Origin: a virus
Taxonomy: Duplodnaviria > Heunggongvirae > Uroviricota > Caudoviricetes
DNA: 57,611 bases
Virus record (IMG/VR): IMGVR_UViG_3300023314_000004
Location: 64,001-121,611 of that record
Strand: one strand, 5' to 3'
This document shows, piece by piece, positions 1-9,000 of the stretch (position 1 is its first letter; each line of letters begins with the position of its first letter). The translations under genes were made by a program, and so were the position numbers. Under the pieces are notes generated by a model, which was not told the DNA's origin, searched no databases, and was given only the letters and a program-made list of their open reading frames with translations.

Positions 1-222
1 TCTTCTAATAGAGGCTACTCTCAACTAGCGCCATTTTCTCGTAGTACAGGAGATAATAATGGGAATGAGGCTTATACTATGTGTGTGGTTGCAGGTACAG
101 CTGATGTAGGACTTAGTTCCCCATCTATTTCTGGCATTTCAATTCAAAGCTCAGGAGGTGGTCAACCTCACACAAATCTTCATCCATCTATAGGTTGCTT
201 ATACATTGTATATCTTCCATAA
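1..222 (+). CDS. C-terminal end of a tail-collar/baseplate-like structural protein (partial, runs off the left edge)
   Basis: Frame 1 is open from base 1 to TAA at 220-222 and ends ...SSGGGQPHTNLHPSIGCLYIVYLP, resembling the GGGQPHNNxxPy...yIi C-terminal motif of tail-collar-domain proteins. Missing from the ORF track. Confidence 0.6.
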   Translation, partial: SSNRGYSQLAPFSRSTGDNNGNEAYTMCVVAGTADVGLSSPSISGISIQSSGGGQPHTNLHPSIGCLYIVYLP

Positions 223-233
223 AAAATATTAAT

Positions 234-1973
234 ATGCCTTGTCAGGATTGTAATGATAATTATCCTTTAAATTTTACTCCTTTAAATATAGGAGGATGTG
301 ATGGTTGTGGAGATTGTATGTCTACAAAAGGATTTTGCTATAATGGACCAAATCTAGATTGCTCTGGTATAGAAACAGGAGATAGTTTAGACGTTGCCTT
401 TTCTAAGCTGGATGAACAAATGTGTTCAGCTATAGGAGATTATTCTGCCTATCAGAAGAATTGTCTACCAGCATGGTTTGGTGCTCCAATATTAACAGAA
501 GCAACATTCGTAGATGCTATTACATCCTACACTTGTACTATAGCTACTAATTTACAGACATTTACAGGGGTGACGTTTCCTGCTTTTCAGGATGAAGTGA
601 CAGCTGAAATAGAAGCTATCACTGGTCCTGGTTTAGTTTGTACTTCAGCAGGTGTTATTATATCTGACAGCTTACAAACTGTATTGACAAAATATTGCAC
701 TAAGTTCTCTGATATAGATGAAGCTTTAGATGTCTCTACAGCAGATTGGGACGGATGTTTCACTGTAGGAATTGCTCCTACCACTGTACTAGAAGGATTT
801 AATGAAGTATTATCTCAGATATGCCAAGTGAGAACTTTAGCTTTAGCTGGGGGTTCAGTGCTACCTACTTTTAATAACGTAGGAAGCTGTCTTGCTAGTC
901 CAACCACTACAGACACTTTAGTAGCTACTATTAATAAAATTAAAACTCGTCTTTGTGCTACTGACACTTACCTTGGAGGTAATGTAGATTGGGGATGCTT
1001 AACAGCTCTAGACGAAACCTTAGAAGGTAATGTTCAGTTTATAGCTCAAACATTAAATGATCTATCTGAAGTTAAAACAACATTCAGTGCAGATTTTGTT
1101 GTAGAAGCTACAGATGAAGATAATCCTTGTGCAGGTGTAACAGTGTCTTTAGCTACACCATTAACAGGAGACAGATTTGTTGCTTATGATAGTGGAGACA
1201 CTTCTCCAGGCACTCTTGTAGATAAAATAGTTGCAGGAATAGGTATAGACCTATCTGAGAGTGATGATACTAATCAAATGCTTATCAGCTCTACAGGTGT
1301 AGTTGCTGGTAGCAACACTGATACAGATCCTGCATATCTTATTGATAAATTAAATGGTAGTTCTAATAGTGGTATTAGCATAGTACCAACTTACAATCCT
1401 ACCACTAAAAAAGTAGATTTAAACATTGTAATAGACGAAGCACAATTATGTTTCTTATTTGGTAATTGCAGTGGTGGTATTTGTACCAGCTATACAGTTA
1501 CACCTGTAGGAGCTTCTGATGGAGTTAACTATGTGGATTGTGATGGAAATACTATTAATCTCACTATAACAGGAGCTACAACTTTCTGTGCTAAGATAAA
1601 CACTGTCTATGCGCCAGCTTCCACTATAGTAAATGTAGGTAGCTGTACACCTAATCCAAACACTTCAGGATTCTTATTAATAAATAACAGCTCAAACATA
1701 CAAGTAAGCTCAGTAAACACTGGAGGATCTACATTCTATACAACAACAGACGGAGCTTATCCAGTAGGACCTGGAGCCACTTTAGTAGGTGTTGGTGTTA
1801 CTTCTGCTGCTGTAAGAGTGGTTGTAGCTTCAGGATCTGGTGTAGTTAAATTGTATAAAAATAACATACTACAACAGACATTAACAGTGAGTGGAGCTGG
1901 TAACTATACATTCACAGCTGTAACATTTGCTCCTGGGGATAGTATGAAAGTTATAGCTGATGTAGCTCCTTAA
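234..1973 (+). CDS. Cys-rich virion structural/fibre protein (about 579 aa)
   Basis: The track ORF starts at 195 inside the upstream gene; ATG 234 (MPCQDC) follows an A-rich leader. Cys-rich helical repeats, two D..P.(T/Y)L.DK(I/L) repeats, beta-rich Thr/Gly C-terminus. Confidence 0.55.
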   Translation: MPCQDCNDNYPLNFTPLNIGGCDGCGDCMSTKGFCYNGPNLDCSGIETGDSLDVAFSKLDEQMCSAIGDYSAYQKNCLPAWFGAPILTEATFVDAITSYTCTIATNLQTFTGVTFPAFQDEVTAEIEAITGPGLVCTSAGVIISDSLQTVLTKYCTKFSDIDEALDVSTADWDGCFTVGIAPTTVLEGFNEVLSQICQVRTLALAGGSVLPTFNNVGSCLASPTTTDTLVATINKIKTRLCATDTYLGGNVDWGCLTALDETLEGNVQFIAQTLNDLSEVKTTFSADFVVEATDEDNPCAGVTVSLATPLTGDRFVAYDSGDTSPGTLVDKIVAGIGIDLSESDDTNQMLISSTGVVAGSNTDTDPAYLIDKLNGSSNSGISIVPTYNPTTKKVDLNIVIDEAQLCFLFGNCSGGICTSYTVTPVGASDGVNYVDCDGNTINLTITGATTFCAKINTVYAPASTIVNVGSCTPNPNTSGFLLINNSSNIQVSSVNTGGSTFYTTTDGAYPVGPGATLVGVGVTSAAVRVVVASGSGVVKLYKNNILQQTLTVSGAGNYTFTAVTFAPGDSMKVIADVAP

Positions 1974-2002
1974 TAATTTTGATTAACTATCTTTCTAATT
2001 TA

Positions 2003-2034
2003 TTTGGAAATTCCAATAATAGGTGTTACATTTG
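2003..2034 (+). promoter_or_regulatory. Bacteroidota sigma-A-type promoter P1
   Basis: TTTG (2003-2006), 20-nt spacer, TACATTTG (2027-2034): exact match to TTTG-N19-21-TAnnTTTG. Confidence 0.7.
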
Positions 2035-2061
2035 TTCTACCTATTATGAATAGGGTTTCTC

Positions 2062-2142
2062 CTTAGAACGAGAAAAAATAAATTAGGGATTACAGAATTA
2101 TTTTTATATCTTTGTGTTCAACTCACAATTTCTCGTTCTAAG
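2062..2142. repeat. Perfect 14-bp inverted repeat with 53-bp spacer
   Basis: CTTAGAACGAGAAA (2062-2075) and TTTCTCGTTCTAAG (2129-2142) are exact reverse complements. Confidence 0.9.
2083..2114 (+). promoter_or_regulatory. Possible promoter P2 lying between the 14-bp inverted repeats
   Basis: Consensus -7 box TATCTTTG at 2107-2114; the -33 position 20 nt upstream reads TTAG (2083-2086), one mismatch from TTTG. Confidence 0.45.
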
Positions 2143-2146
2143 CATT

Positions 2147-2177
2147 AAGCCCCACTCGTAAAAAGGTGGGGTTTTTT
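2147..2177 (+). terminator. Rho-independent terminator
   Basis: CCCCAC (2150-2155)/GTGGGG (2166-2171) stem followed by TTTTTT (2172-2177). Confidence 0.75.
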
Positions 2178-2179
2178 GC

Positions 2180-2461
2180 TTTATACACATAAACATAAAG
2201 CAATCCTGTTTTTAAGTCCCTTAATAAAAACATGTGATTAGGGAAACTGTAATAGTGGATAATGGTTTGAAAGATTCTATTACAGGTATGGACTGAGGAA
2301 TAAATATCGCAATGACTTTACCGTGTCAACGATTACCTACAAGCTAGCAAGCTCTTCAGATCTCGTATAAGGTGTATGAATCCCTAGGTTCACTAAATAA
2401 AAGAAGCTACAAGAACTCCTCTTGTAGGTATAGACGGTAGTGTGTCTAATAGAAACCATTA
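2180..2461 (+). ncRNA. Candidate structured non-coding RNA or cis element (unassigned family; strand uncertain)
   Basis: No sizeable ORF seen; perfect complementary pairs 2247-2255/2277-2285, 2260-2268/2453-2461, 2334-2343/2421-2430, 2407-2414/2420-2427, 2431-2435/2443-2447. Confidence 0.3.
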
Positions 2462-2489
2462 ATCATTTTTAATAATTTTGGTTAATATA

Positions 2490-2521
2490 TTTGGTTTTCT
2501 CATTCTAATTACCTAGTTTTG
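2490..2521 (+). promoter_or_regulatory. Bacteroidota sigma-A-type promoter P3 for the metallophosphoesterase gene
   Basis: TTTG (2490-2493), N20, TAGTTTTG (2514-2521), 33 nt before ATG 2555; the -7 box lies within an inverted repeat CCTAGT-tttgt-ACTAGG (2512-2528). Confidence 0.7.
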
Positions 2522-2554
2522 TACTAGGGCTTATTTATAACTTAAACTTAAAAG

Positions 2555-3781
2555 ATGCCATTAACAGAACAATTAAAAAATCTTTTGCATTTGAAGAAAT
2601 CAAAAGCTTATTATGCAAAGAAACTTAACATAACAGAAGAAGAAGTGGATGAATTATTGAAAGAGCTTAGGGGATCTTCTACAAATTTTGTACACACAGT
2701 TGGAACTCCCATCATACCATGTACTATCACTTATACAAATTCTCAAAAGGTTGATAATGATAAAGGAACTTTAGCTTCAGAAGTAGAACTGGATTTTGAA
2801 CCTAAGAACAATGAAGAACTAGCAGAACTACATAAAATAGATTTAACTAAATATAAAATCTCCTCTTATTGGAGTAAGCTTAAATCAAATGGTAAATTCA
2901 CCTCTTCAGTATTCGCCACTCTCATTAAGCCTGAAGATTACAGCATTAAAGATTTCGAGAAATTTCTTGAATCATATACACCTACACAAACTGCAATTAT
3001 AAAGAAAGAAGTAGATTGGCGTAAAAATACAATAGATTTAGAATTATCTATATCTGATTTTCATTTAGCTAAAAAAACTCTAGAAGGAGAAACTCTAGCT
3101 AATAAAAAAGAACAATATATAAATACAGTAATTGATCTAGTATCAAAAGTAGACAGTATCTATACTATAAATAAATTAGTATTTCCTATTTCTAATGATT
3201 TCTTCCATACAGATAATTATCAAAATCAGACAACTGCTGGTACACCACAGGATGTGTTAACTAGCTATGACCATGAATATGAAGTAGGATTTGATTTACT
3301 AGTTAATACGATTTATTACTTATATGGTATGAGCACTAATTTAGAAATCGTATTAGTACAAGGTAACCACGATAGGACTAAATCATTTTATTTAGCTCAT
3401 GCTCTAGAAGTTTACTTTAAGCAAAATAAAGCTATCTCTTTCAAAAGAGAGCATTCAGTTACTAAATCTACAGTGTTAGGAAATACATTTATTGGCTATC
3501 ATCACGGCAATTGCAAAATTGATGATCTTCCTTTATTATTTGCTACAGGTAAAGATAGTCAAGCATTTGGTAATGCAAAATACAGAGAAGTGCATACAGG
3601 AGATAAACATCATTACATGGCTAAGGAAATTAAGGGTGTTAGAATTCAACAAATGCCCTCTCTTTCCGGAACTGATAGGTGGCATCAGGATAACAATTTT
3701 GTTAATTCAATACGTGCTGGTATAGCTACGGTTTATGATCCTATTAAAGGTCGTATTGCAGAATTTGAATCAAGAATATAA
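2555..3781 (+). CDS. Calcineurin-like metallophosphoesterase with N-terminal HTH-like segment
   Basis: Metal-binding motifs SISDFH, ISNDFFH, GNHD, GYHHG, HTGDKHH; N-terminus YYAKKLNITEEEVDELLKEL is HTH-like. Confidence 0.8.
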   Translation: MPLTEQLKNLLHLKKSKAYYAKKLNITEEEVDELLKELRGSSTNFVHTVGTPIIPCTITYTNSQKVDNDKGTLASEVELDFEPKNNEELAELHKIDLTKYKISSYWSKLKSNGKFTSSVFATLIKPEDYSIKDFEKFLESYTPTQTAIIKKEVDWRKNTIDLELSISDFHLAKKTLEGETLANKKEQYINTVIDLVSKVDSIYTINKLVFPISNDFFHTDNYQNQTTAGTPQDVLTSYDHEYEVGFDLLVNTIYYLYGMSTNLEIVLVQGNHDRTKSFYLAHALEVYFKQNKAISFKREHSVTKSTVLGNTFIGYHHGNCKIDDLPLLFATGKDSQAFGNAKYREVHTGDKHHYMAKEIKGVRIQQMPSLSGTDRWHQDNNFVNSIRAGIATVYDPIKGRIAEFESRI

Positions 3782-3984
3782 TGCAGGTATTTTATCATAA
3801 TGAGGAAGAAAAATTAGCTTTTGAATACACAAATGAAGTTTGGAATACCCTTTTTCAAACTGGTATTATGTGGGGTAAACATATACTTACAGATAAATCA
3901 AAATGGAGAATAGCTCAATCAATTTATAATGAAAAATATAGCGACAAATTACCTAGTAAATATTTAGAATCATACTTACCTTAA
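3781..3984 (+). CDS. Hypothetical protein (67 aa)
   Basis: ORF coupled to both neighbours (overlaps the stop at 3781, abuts ATG 3985). Confidence 0.6.
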   Translation: MQVFYHNEEEKLAFEYTNEVWNTLFQTGIMWGKHILTDKSKWRIAQSIYNEKYSDKLPSKYLESYLP

Positions 3985-4680
3985 ATGCAAACACTAAGAC
4001 AAACAATATCTAATCTTAGGCAAAATAATAAATTGCTTGCCTCTGATGTCCTTATATCAGATAGATTTCTTGCGTCTGAGATTAGAAACGCAGCCAATCT
4101 TATTGTTACACAGCAGACTAACAAAAGACAATTATGGAGTAGCCCTAATGTATTCACTCCTATTTTGTGTTTGGAAATGGAACAAGTTCCTATTACAGAC
4201 TGTTGTGATTTTCAATCTGATATAATGGTTGCTAGGTCTAAAAAGAAACTCCCTAATATTGGAGAAGGTATATGGGGACTGGCTGTACAAAGAGTTACAG
4301 GACTAGATAATTCTAAAACCTTTCTTGAAGTAACACCTAAAAGACTTGAGAATATAGTAAAACTCAAGCTATTAACTAATAGACTGTATTATTGGATACA
4401 GAATAATTATTTGTATATTTCTAATCCAGACACTCTTTCAGTAAACCTATTTGCTTATTTTACAGAAGATGTACCAAATGACATTCTATTTCCAGGAAAA
4501 GATTGCAATTGCTCCACTCCTCCACCAATATCTGATATATGTGTAAACCCTCTCGATAAACCTTTCTATTTCATGGCTAATCGTATGAAGGATCTAGAGG
4601 ATATAGTAACAGAAAGAATTTCAAGGAATTTTTTAAAATTGCAAGATCAAAAAACCAGCGACAACCAAGAGGGTAATTAA
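3985..4680 (+). CDS. Putative tail ring/adaptor structural protein
   Basis: 231 aa; position just upstream of the IHF-like, tail-tubular and muzzle genes as in crAss-like tail blocks. Function inferred mainly from synteny. Confidence 0.5.
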   Translation: MQTLRQTISNLRQNNKLLASDVLISDRFLASEIRNAANLIVTQQTNKRQLWSSPNVFTPILCLEMEQVPITDCCDFQSDIMVARSKKKLPNIGEGIWGLAVQRVTGLDNSKTFLEVTPKRLENIVKLKLLTNRLYYWIQNNYLYISNPDTLSVNLFAYFTEDVPNDILFPGKDCNCSTPPPISDICVNPLDKPFYFMANRMKDLEDIVTERISRNFLKLQDQKTSDNQEGN

Positions 4681-5150
4681 TGAGAAAAGCTAGAGAATAC
4701 AGAACGACATCTAGAGAGGTATATAAAGCCTTTAAACTAAAACATCCAGAATTAAAACTTTCTTATGTTGAATGGTGTAATATTATATATACATTCAATT
4801 ATGGTTTTAGAGACTATTGTTTAGAGACAGGAGAGAAGGCTAAATTCCCTTATGGATTTGGAGATTTCTGTGTTACTAAATTTAAACCTAAGAAAACTGC
4901 CATACTTCCTAACGGAGATGAAATAATTAATCTTACGGTTAATTGGAAGAAAACAATGGAACTTGGTAAGAAGATATACCACATGAATTTTAATACAGAG
5001 GGTTTTAAATTCAGGTGGCTTTGGAGTATAGGTTCGTGTAGATTTTACAAGCATGACATATGGAGTTTTAAACCTTCCAGAGTTTCTTCCCGTCTTATCA
5101 AACATTATCTGGATAATAACTATCAACACAAATACCTCAAATGGAAATAG
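4680..5150 (+). CDS. IHF/HU-like DNA-binding protein
   Basis: Basic 156-aa protein with helix-helix start and GEKAKFPYGFGDFCVTK beta segment resembling the HU/IHF fold; crAss-like phages encode IHF-like genes at this position. Confidence 0.55.
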   Translation: MRKAREYRTTSREVYKAFKLKHPELKLSYVEWCNIIYTFNYGFRDYCLETGEKAKFPYGFGDFCVTKFKPKKTAILPNGDEIINLTVNWKKTMELGKKIYHMNFNTEGFKFRWLWSIGSCRFYKHDIWSFKPSRVSSRLIKHYLDNNYQHKYLKWK

Positions 5151-6005
5151 ATGAGTGATTACTACAAATATAATTTTATATCCCCTGAACCAACCTTAGC
5201 CTTAATTCGAGAAGAACTAAGAAGCTATTTAGATACAGGAGCTATAGATGATTTAGTCTGGGGAATTTATATTGATAAATGTCTCCGTAAGTTAGGAAAA
5301 GGAAGCTATGATATTGTCTCTGCTGTTCTTGATATGTGTGATTTTGAAGCTCGTCTACCAGACGACTTTTTTAGTGTTAGGGAAGCATGGTTATGTACAT
5401 CTGTACAAGATAGCTATCAACTTCCTTCAGCTGATTATCAACAAGTTAAAGTAGGATCTACATCAACTAATCTCACTCCGGATAAAACATATTGTGACAC
5501 TACATGTACTCCTGATGTAATATCCCTTGTTTATAAGACCACTCATCAAGTGTTTAGGCAATTTAATAGACAATACCTCCTTAAGCCTGGAAATATTAAT
5601 ACTAAAAGTAAATGTCATTCTGATTGTGCTAATTTTGGAGCAACAGGTCCTGAGTCCTTTGATATAAGAGATAATAAATTTGTTACAACTTTTAGAGAAG
5701 GAAATGTTTATCTCCTATATTATTCTCAAACTTATGATCCATCAGGCTATCCATTAGTTCCTGATGATTTTAGAATATTAGAATATATAGAGCTTTTTAT
5801 TAAACAAAAAGTATTTGAACAACTTTCTAATCAAATAGTAGATGAAACCTATAATCAAATACAACAGAAAGCTCAACAATATAAACAGATGGCAGATGAG
5901 GCATTTATAATGGCTCAGGTGGAATCTAAAAAAGATACAATATACAAGAAACACCAAAGAATTAAAAGAACTCAAAATTCACTTAATAAGTATCTTATTC
6001 CATAA
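5151..6005 (+). CDS. Tail tubular/ring protein (P22 gp4-like role in crAss-like phages)
   Basis: 284 aa, directly upstream of the 1578-aa stabilization protein; YPLVPDD...EYIE..IKQKVFE C-terminal helical motif typical of such ring proteins. Confidence 0.6.
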   Translation: MSDYYKYNFISPEPTLALIREELRSYLDTGAIDDLVWGIYIDKCLRKLGKGSYDIVSAVLDMCDFEARLPDDFFSVREAWLCTSVQDSYQLPSADYQQVKVGSTSTNLTPDKTYCDTTCTPDVISLVYKTTHQVFRQFNRQYLLKPGNINTKSKCHSDCANFGATGPESFDIRDNKFVTTFREGNVYLLYYSQTYDPSGYPLVPDDFRILEYIELFIKQKVFEQLSNQIVDETYNQIQQKAQQYKQMADEAFIMAQVESKKDTIYKKHQRIKRTQNSLNKYLIP

Positions 6006-9000
6006 TGGCTGAATCCAATATCAATAATACACCTTCTTCTGCTGCTTTAGGACTGAATTTAGATAATATAATGTCTCAAATTCGTCCTTCTCAATACACC
6101 TATGCTCTTAATGCTGTCATTCAGGGATTTGATGGTAATAGTGTCACTGTACAAAATGAGGAAGGAAATATACTTTGTACAAATCTTCCGGAAGGATATA
6201 AAGTAGTTGGAGCTAGAAATATATTAGAAAAAGATCTTATTGTATTTTGGTTAGCTACAGAAGATGAATTAAATTCTGAGATAGGTGTTGTAAACACTAA
6301 CACATGTCTCTACACTAAAAAAATAAATGATCCTTGTATAGGACTTTCTCTAAATCATCCTATATTAAAATCTGTATACAGGCTCACTCACAGAGGGACA
6401 GAAGTTTATTGGACAGATGGAAATATGCCTAGAAGGTTCATAGATTTGGATAACCTGCCTTTCCTGGAAACTACAGGACCAGATTGTCAGAATGTTATTA
6501 CAACTGAAATAGATTGTAATAAAATGAATGTACAACCTAACTTCTCCATTCCAGAATTAGAAATAACAGATGTAGACAGTGATGGAGAAACGGAAGCTGG
6601 TTCTTATCAGTTTGCCATACAATATGCTAATGCACTTTCAGAAGCATACACTTCTTATTATTCTGTAACTAATCCTATAGGGCTTTTTGACCCTACTAAA
6701 ATAACACAAGATTTTAACTACAAGGTTAATAAATCTATTGATATTTTAATATCTAATTTAGATCAAAGTGGATATTATGATTATTTTAATTTAGCTGTTA
6801 TTAAAACAGTAAATAATATCACCACTCCATATTTAGTTGGGACATATAAGATTACTTCCACTCAGCAAAAAATATCTTATACAGGACAAAATCAAACACA
6901 AGAAGCACTTTCTCTGGTGGATATAAATGAAAAATACCCTGTATATGCTACAGCTAATGATGTAACAACAGCTCAGGATATTCTTATATGGTCAGATTTA
7001 GTAGCTGAAGAAAGAATTAATTATCAAGCTATAGCTTCTCAAATAAAACTTCTTTGGGAAACACATAGATTAAAATACGAAGAGGCTTATCAAAAGCCAG
7101 AACTAATCTATCCTTACAGAGGGTATATGAGGGATGAGGTATATCCATTTGAGGTATGTTTCCTCTTAGATAATGGTTTACAGACAGATGGATTTCATAT
7201 TCCTGCTCGTGTAGCTATGGATACAGATTTAGAAATTGTTTCTAATGAAGATAGTCTTATAGATAGAGAGAAATGTGAAGAAGCAGAAATATTACGTAGA
7301 TGGCAAGTTTACAATACAGCCACACTTACAGGATTTTCTGATGAATTTCAAAATGCTGCTGACGATTGTTATACAGGAGCTTATCAATATGGAGAGTTTG
7401 CTTATTGGCAATCAGAGGAACTCTACCCATGTGATATAAAAATGTGGGGAAGTTTAGCTAACACACCTATTCGTCACCACAAATTTCCAGATAGTGTTAT
7501 AACACAAATACATGACACTGAATACATCTACCCTATAGGAGTGCAAGTTGATATAAATCAAATCAATCAGCTTATACAATCCTCTTCTCTCACTCAAGAT
7601 CAGAAAAACAGTATAGTAGGTTTTAAAATATTAAGGGGAAATAGAGCAAATAATAAATCTGTAGTAGCTAAAGGTCTTATTCACAATGTATTAAAATACA
7701 CAGCTAAAAATAATCAAATTGACTACACCTCAGGATCTGGTGGTGGAAACTATTCTGCCAATCCTGTATATGGTTTAGTAGATAGAGCTTTAGATTTAGT
7801 GGATAAAGCTTACAAAACTATAGTACCTATTTTTGATACTAATAGGGAAAGGCTGGAAAATGTCATGGACACTTTAAATTTTGCCAAGACATACCCAACT
7901 AATTCTCCTATTTTTACTGCTAACATACAGTTTGCAATTAACAAAATCAATGAAGAACTAGGAGATCCAAATAATGATACTGAAGTAGCTTATTTACAAG
8001 GTGCTTTAGAAGTGCTCAATTCAGCTTTACAAACAGCAGATGCCTATTCACAATTAGGGGATTTAAATATAGATGAAATACCAGAAGTAGATAGCAATGA
8101 ATATTACTACCCTAATTATCTTTTTAATGATATAAGAGCAAATGATCCTTATTTAGATAATACAATTGTAGACGAATCATCTAAAAGCAGATATACTTTT
8201 CACTCACCTGATACACATTTCTATCAACCGTCTCTAGGTACAATTCTTAAATTAGAAACAGCAGAGTCTGGTTTCTCTAATGGGCATATAGTAGAAGTGA
8301 AAAAGCATTCTAAATACCAATTTGTAAATTCTACAGCTTATATTTCTGCACTAATAGCAGGTGTATCAATTGGATTTGCTTCAGGTACTTATGGACTTTC
8401 AACTAATGTCTTTAATGGTACAGCTGCTATGACGGCTTATCAAGCTATAGTAGACATTATATTTAAAATAACTCCACATAAGAATTTTGCATACCAATAT
8501 AATGCAATAGGTAATTACACTCTCTCAAAGCCAGTGCTCAACAATGGTAATAAGCAAAGAGCTATTGATATAGGAAGATATTTACAATCAGGAGTGGAAA
8601 GTGTAGGAGATAATCTTAGAATAAACAACTATCAAAGAGAAAACTCAGTTTATGTAAAAACTAATCTTCCTCTTCCATATGTAAATGAAGTGTCTGGAAT
8701 AACAGATATTTCTAAGACTCTCATCCCTTCATATGATATATTCTCATGGCCTATTTCTTCTTATTATGCTTCCATAAAAAAAGCTTTTAATAACCAATAT
8801 GGACAGATATATTCTTATGATACAATAGACACAGGATTTCAAAGATCTCTCAACCCCAATGCACAATATAAAAAAGAAACAATATTTGGAGGGGATATAT
8901 TTATAAATCAATTTGCTTATAAATCTAAAATTCCTTTCTTTATAGATAATAGAGTGGGAGAACCAGATGATTCTGATATATCTTATAATGAACTCTCTAA

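Noticed and set aside
195-233. Track start of the 592-aa ORF at 195
   Set aside because: It lies inside the upstream partial gene (ends 222); ATG 234 has an A-rich leader.
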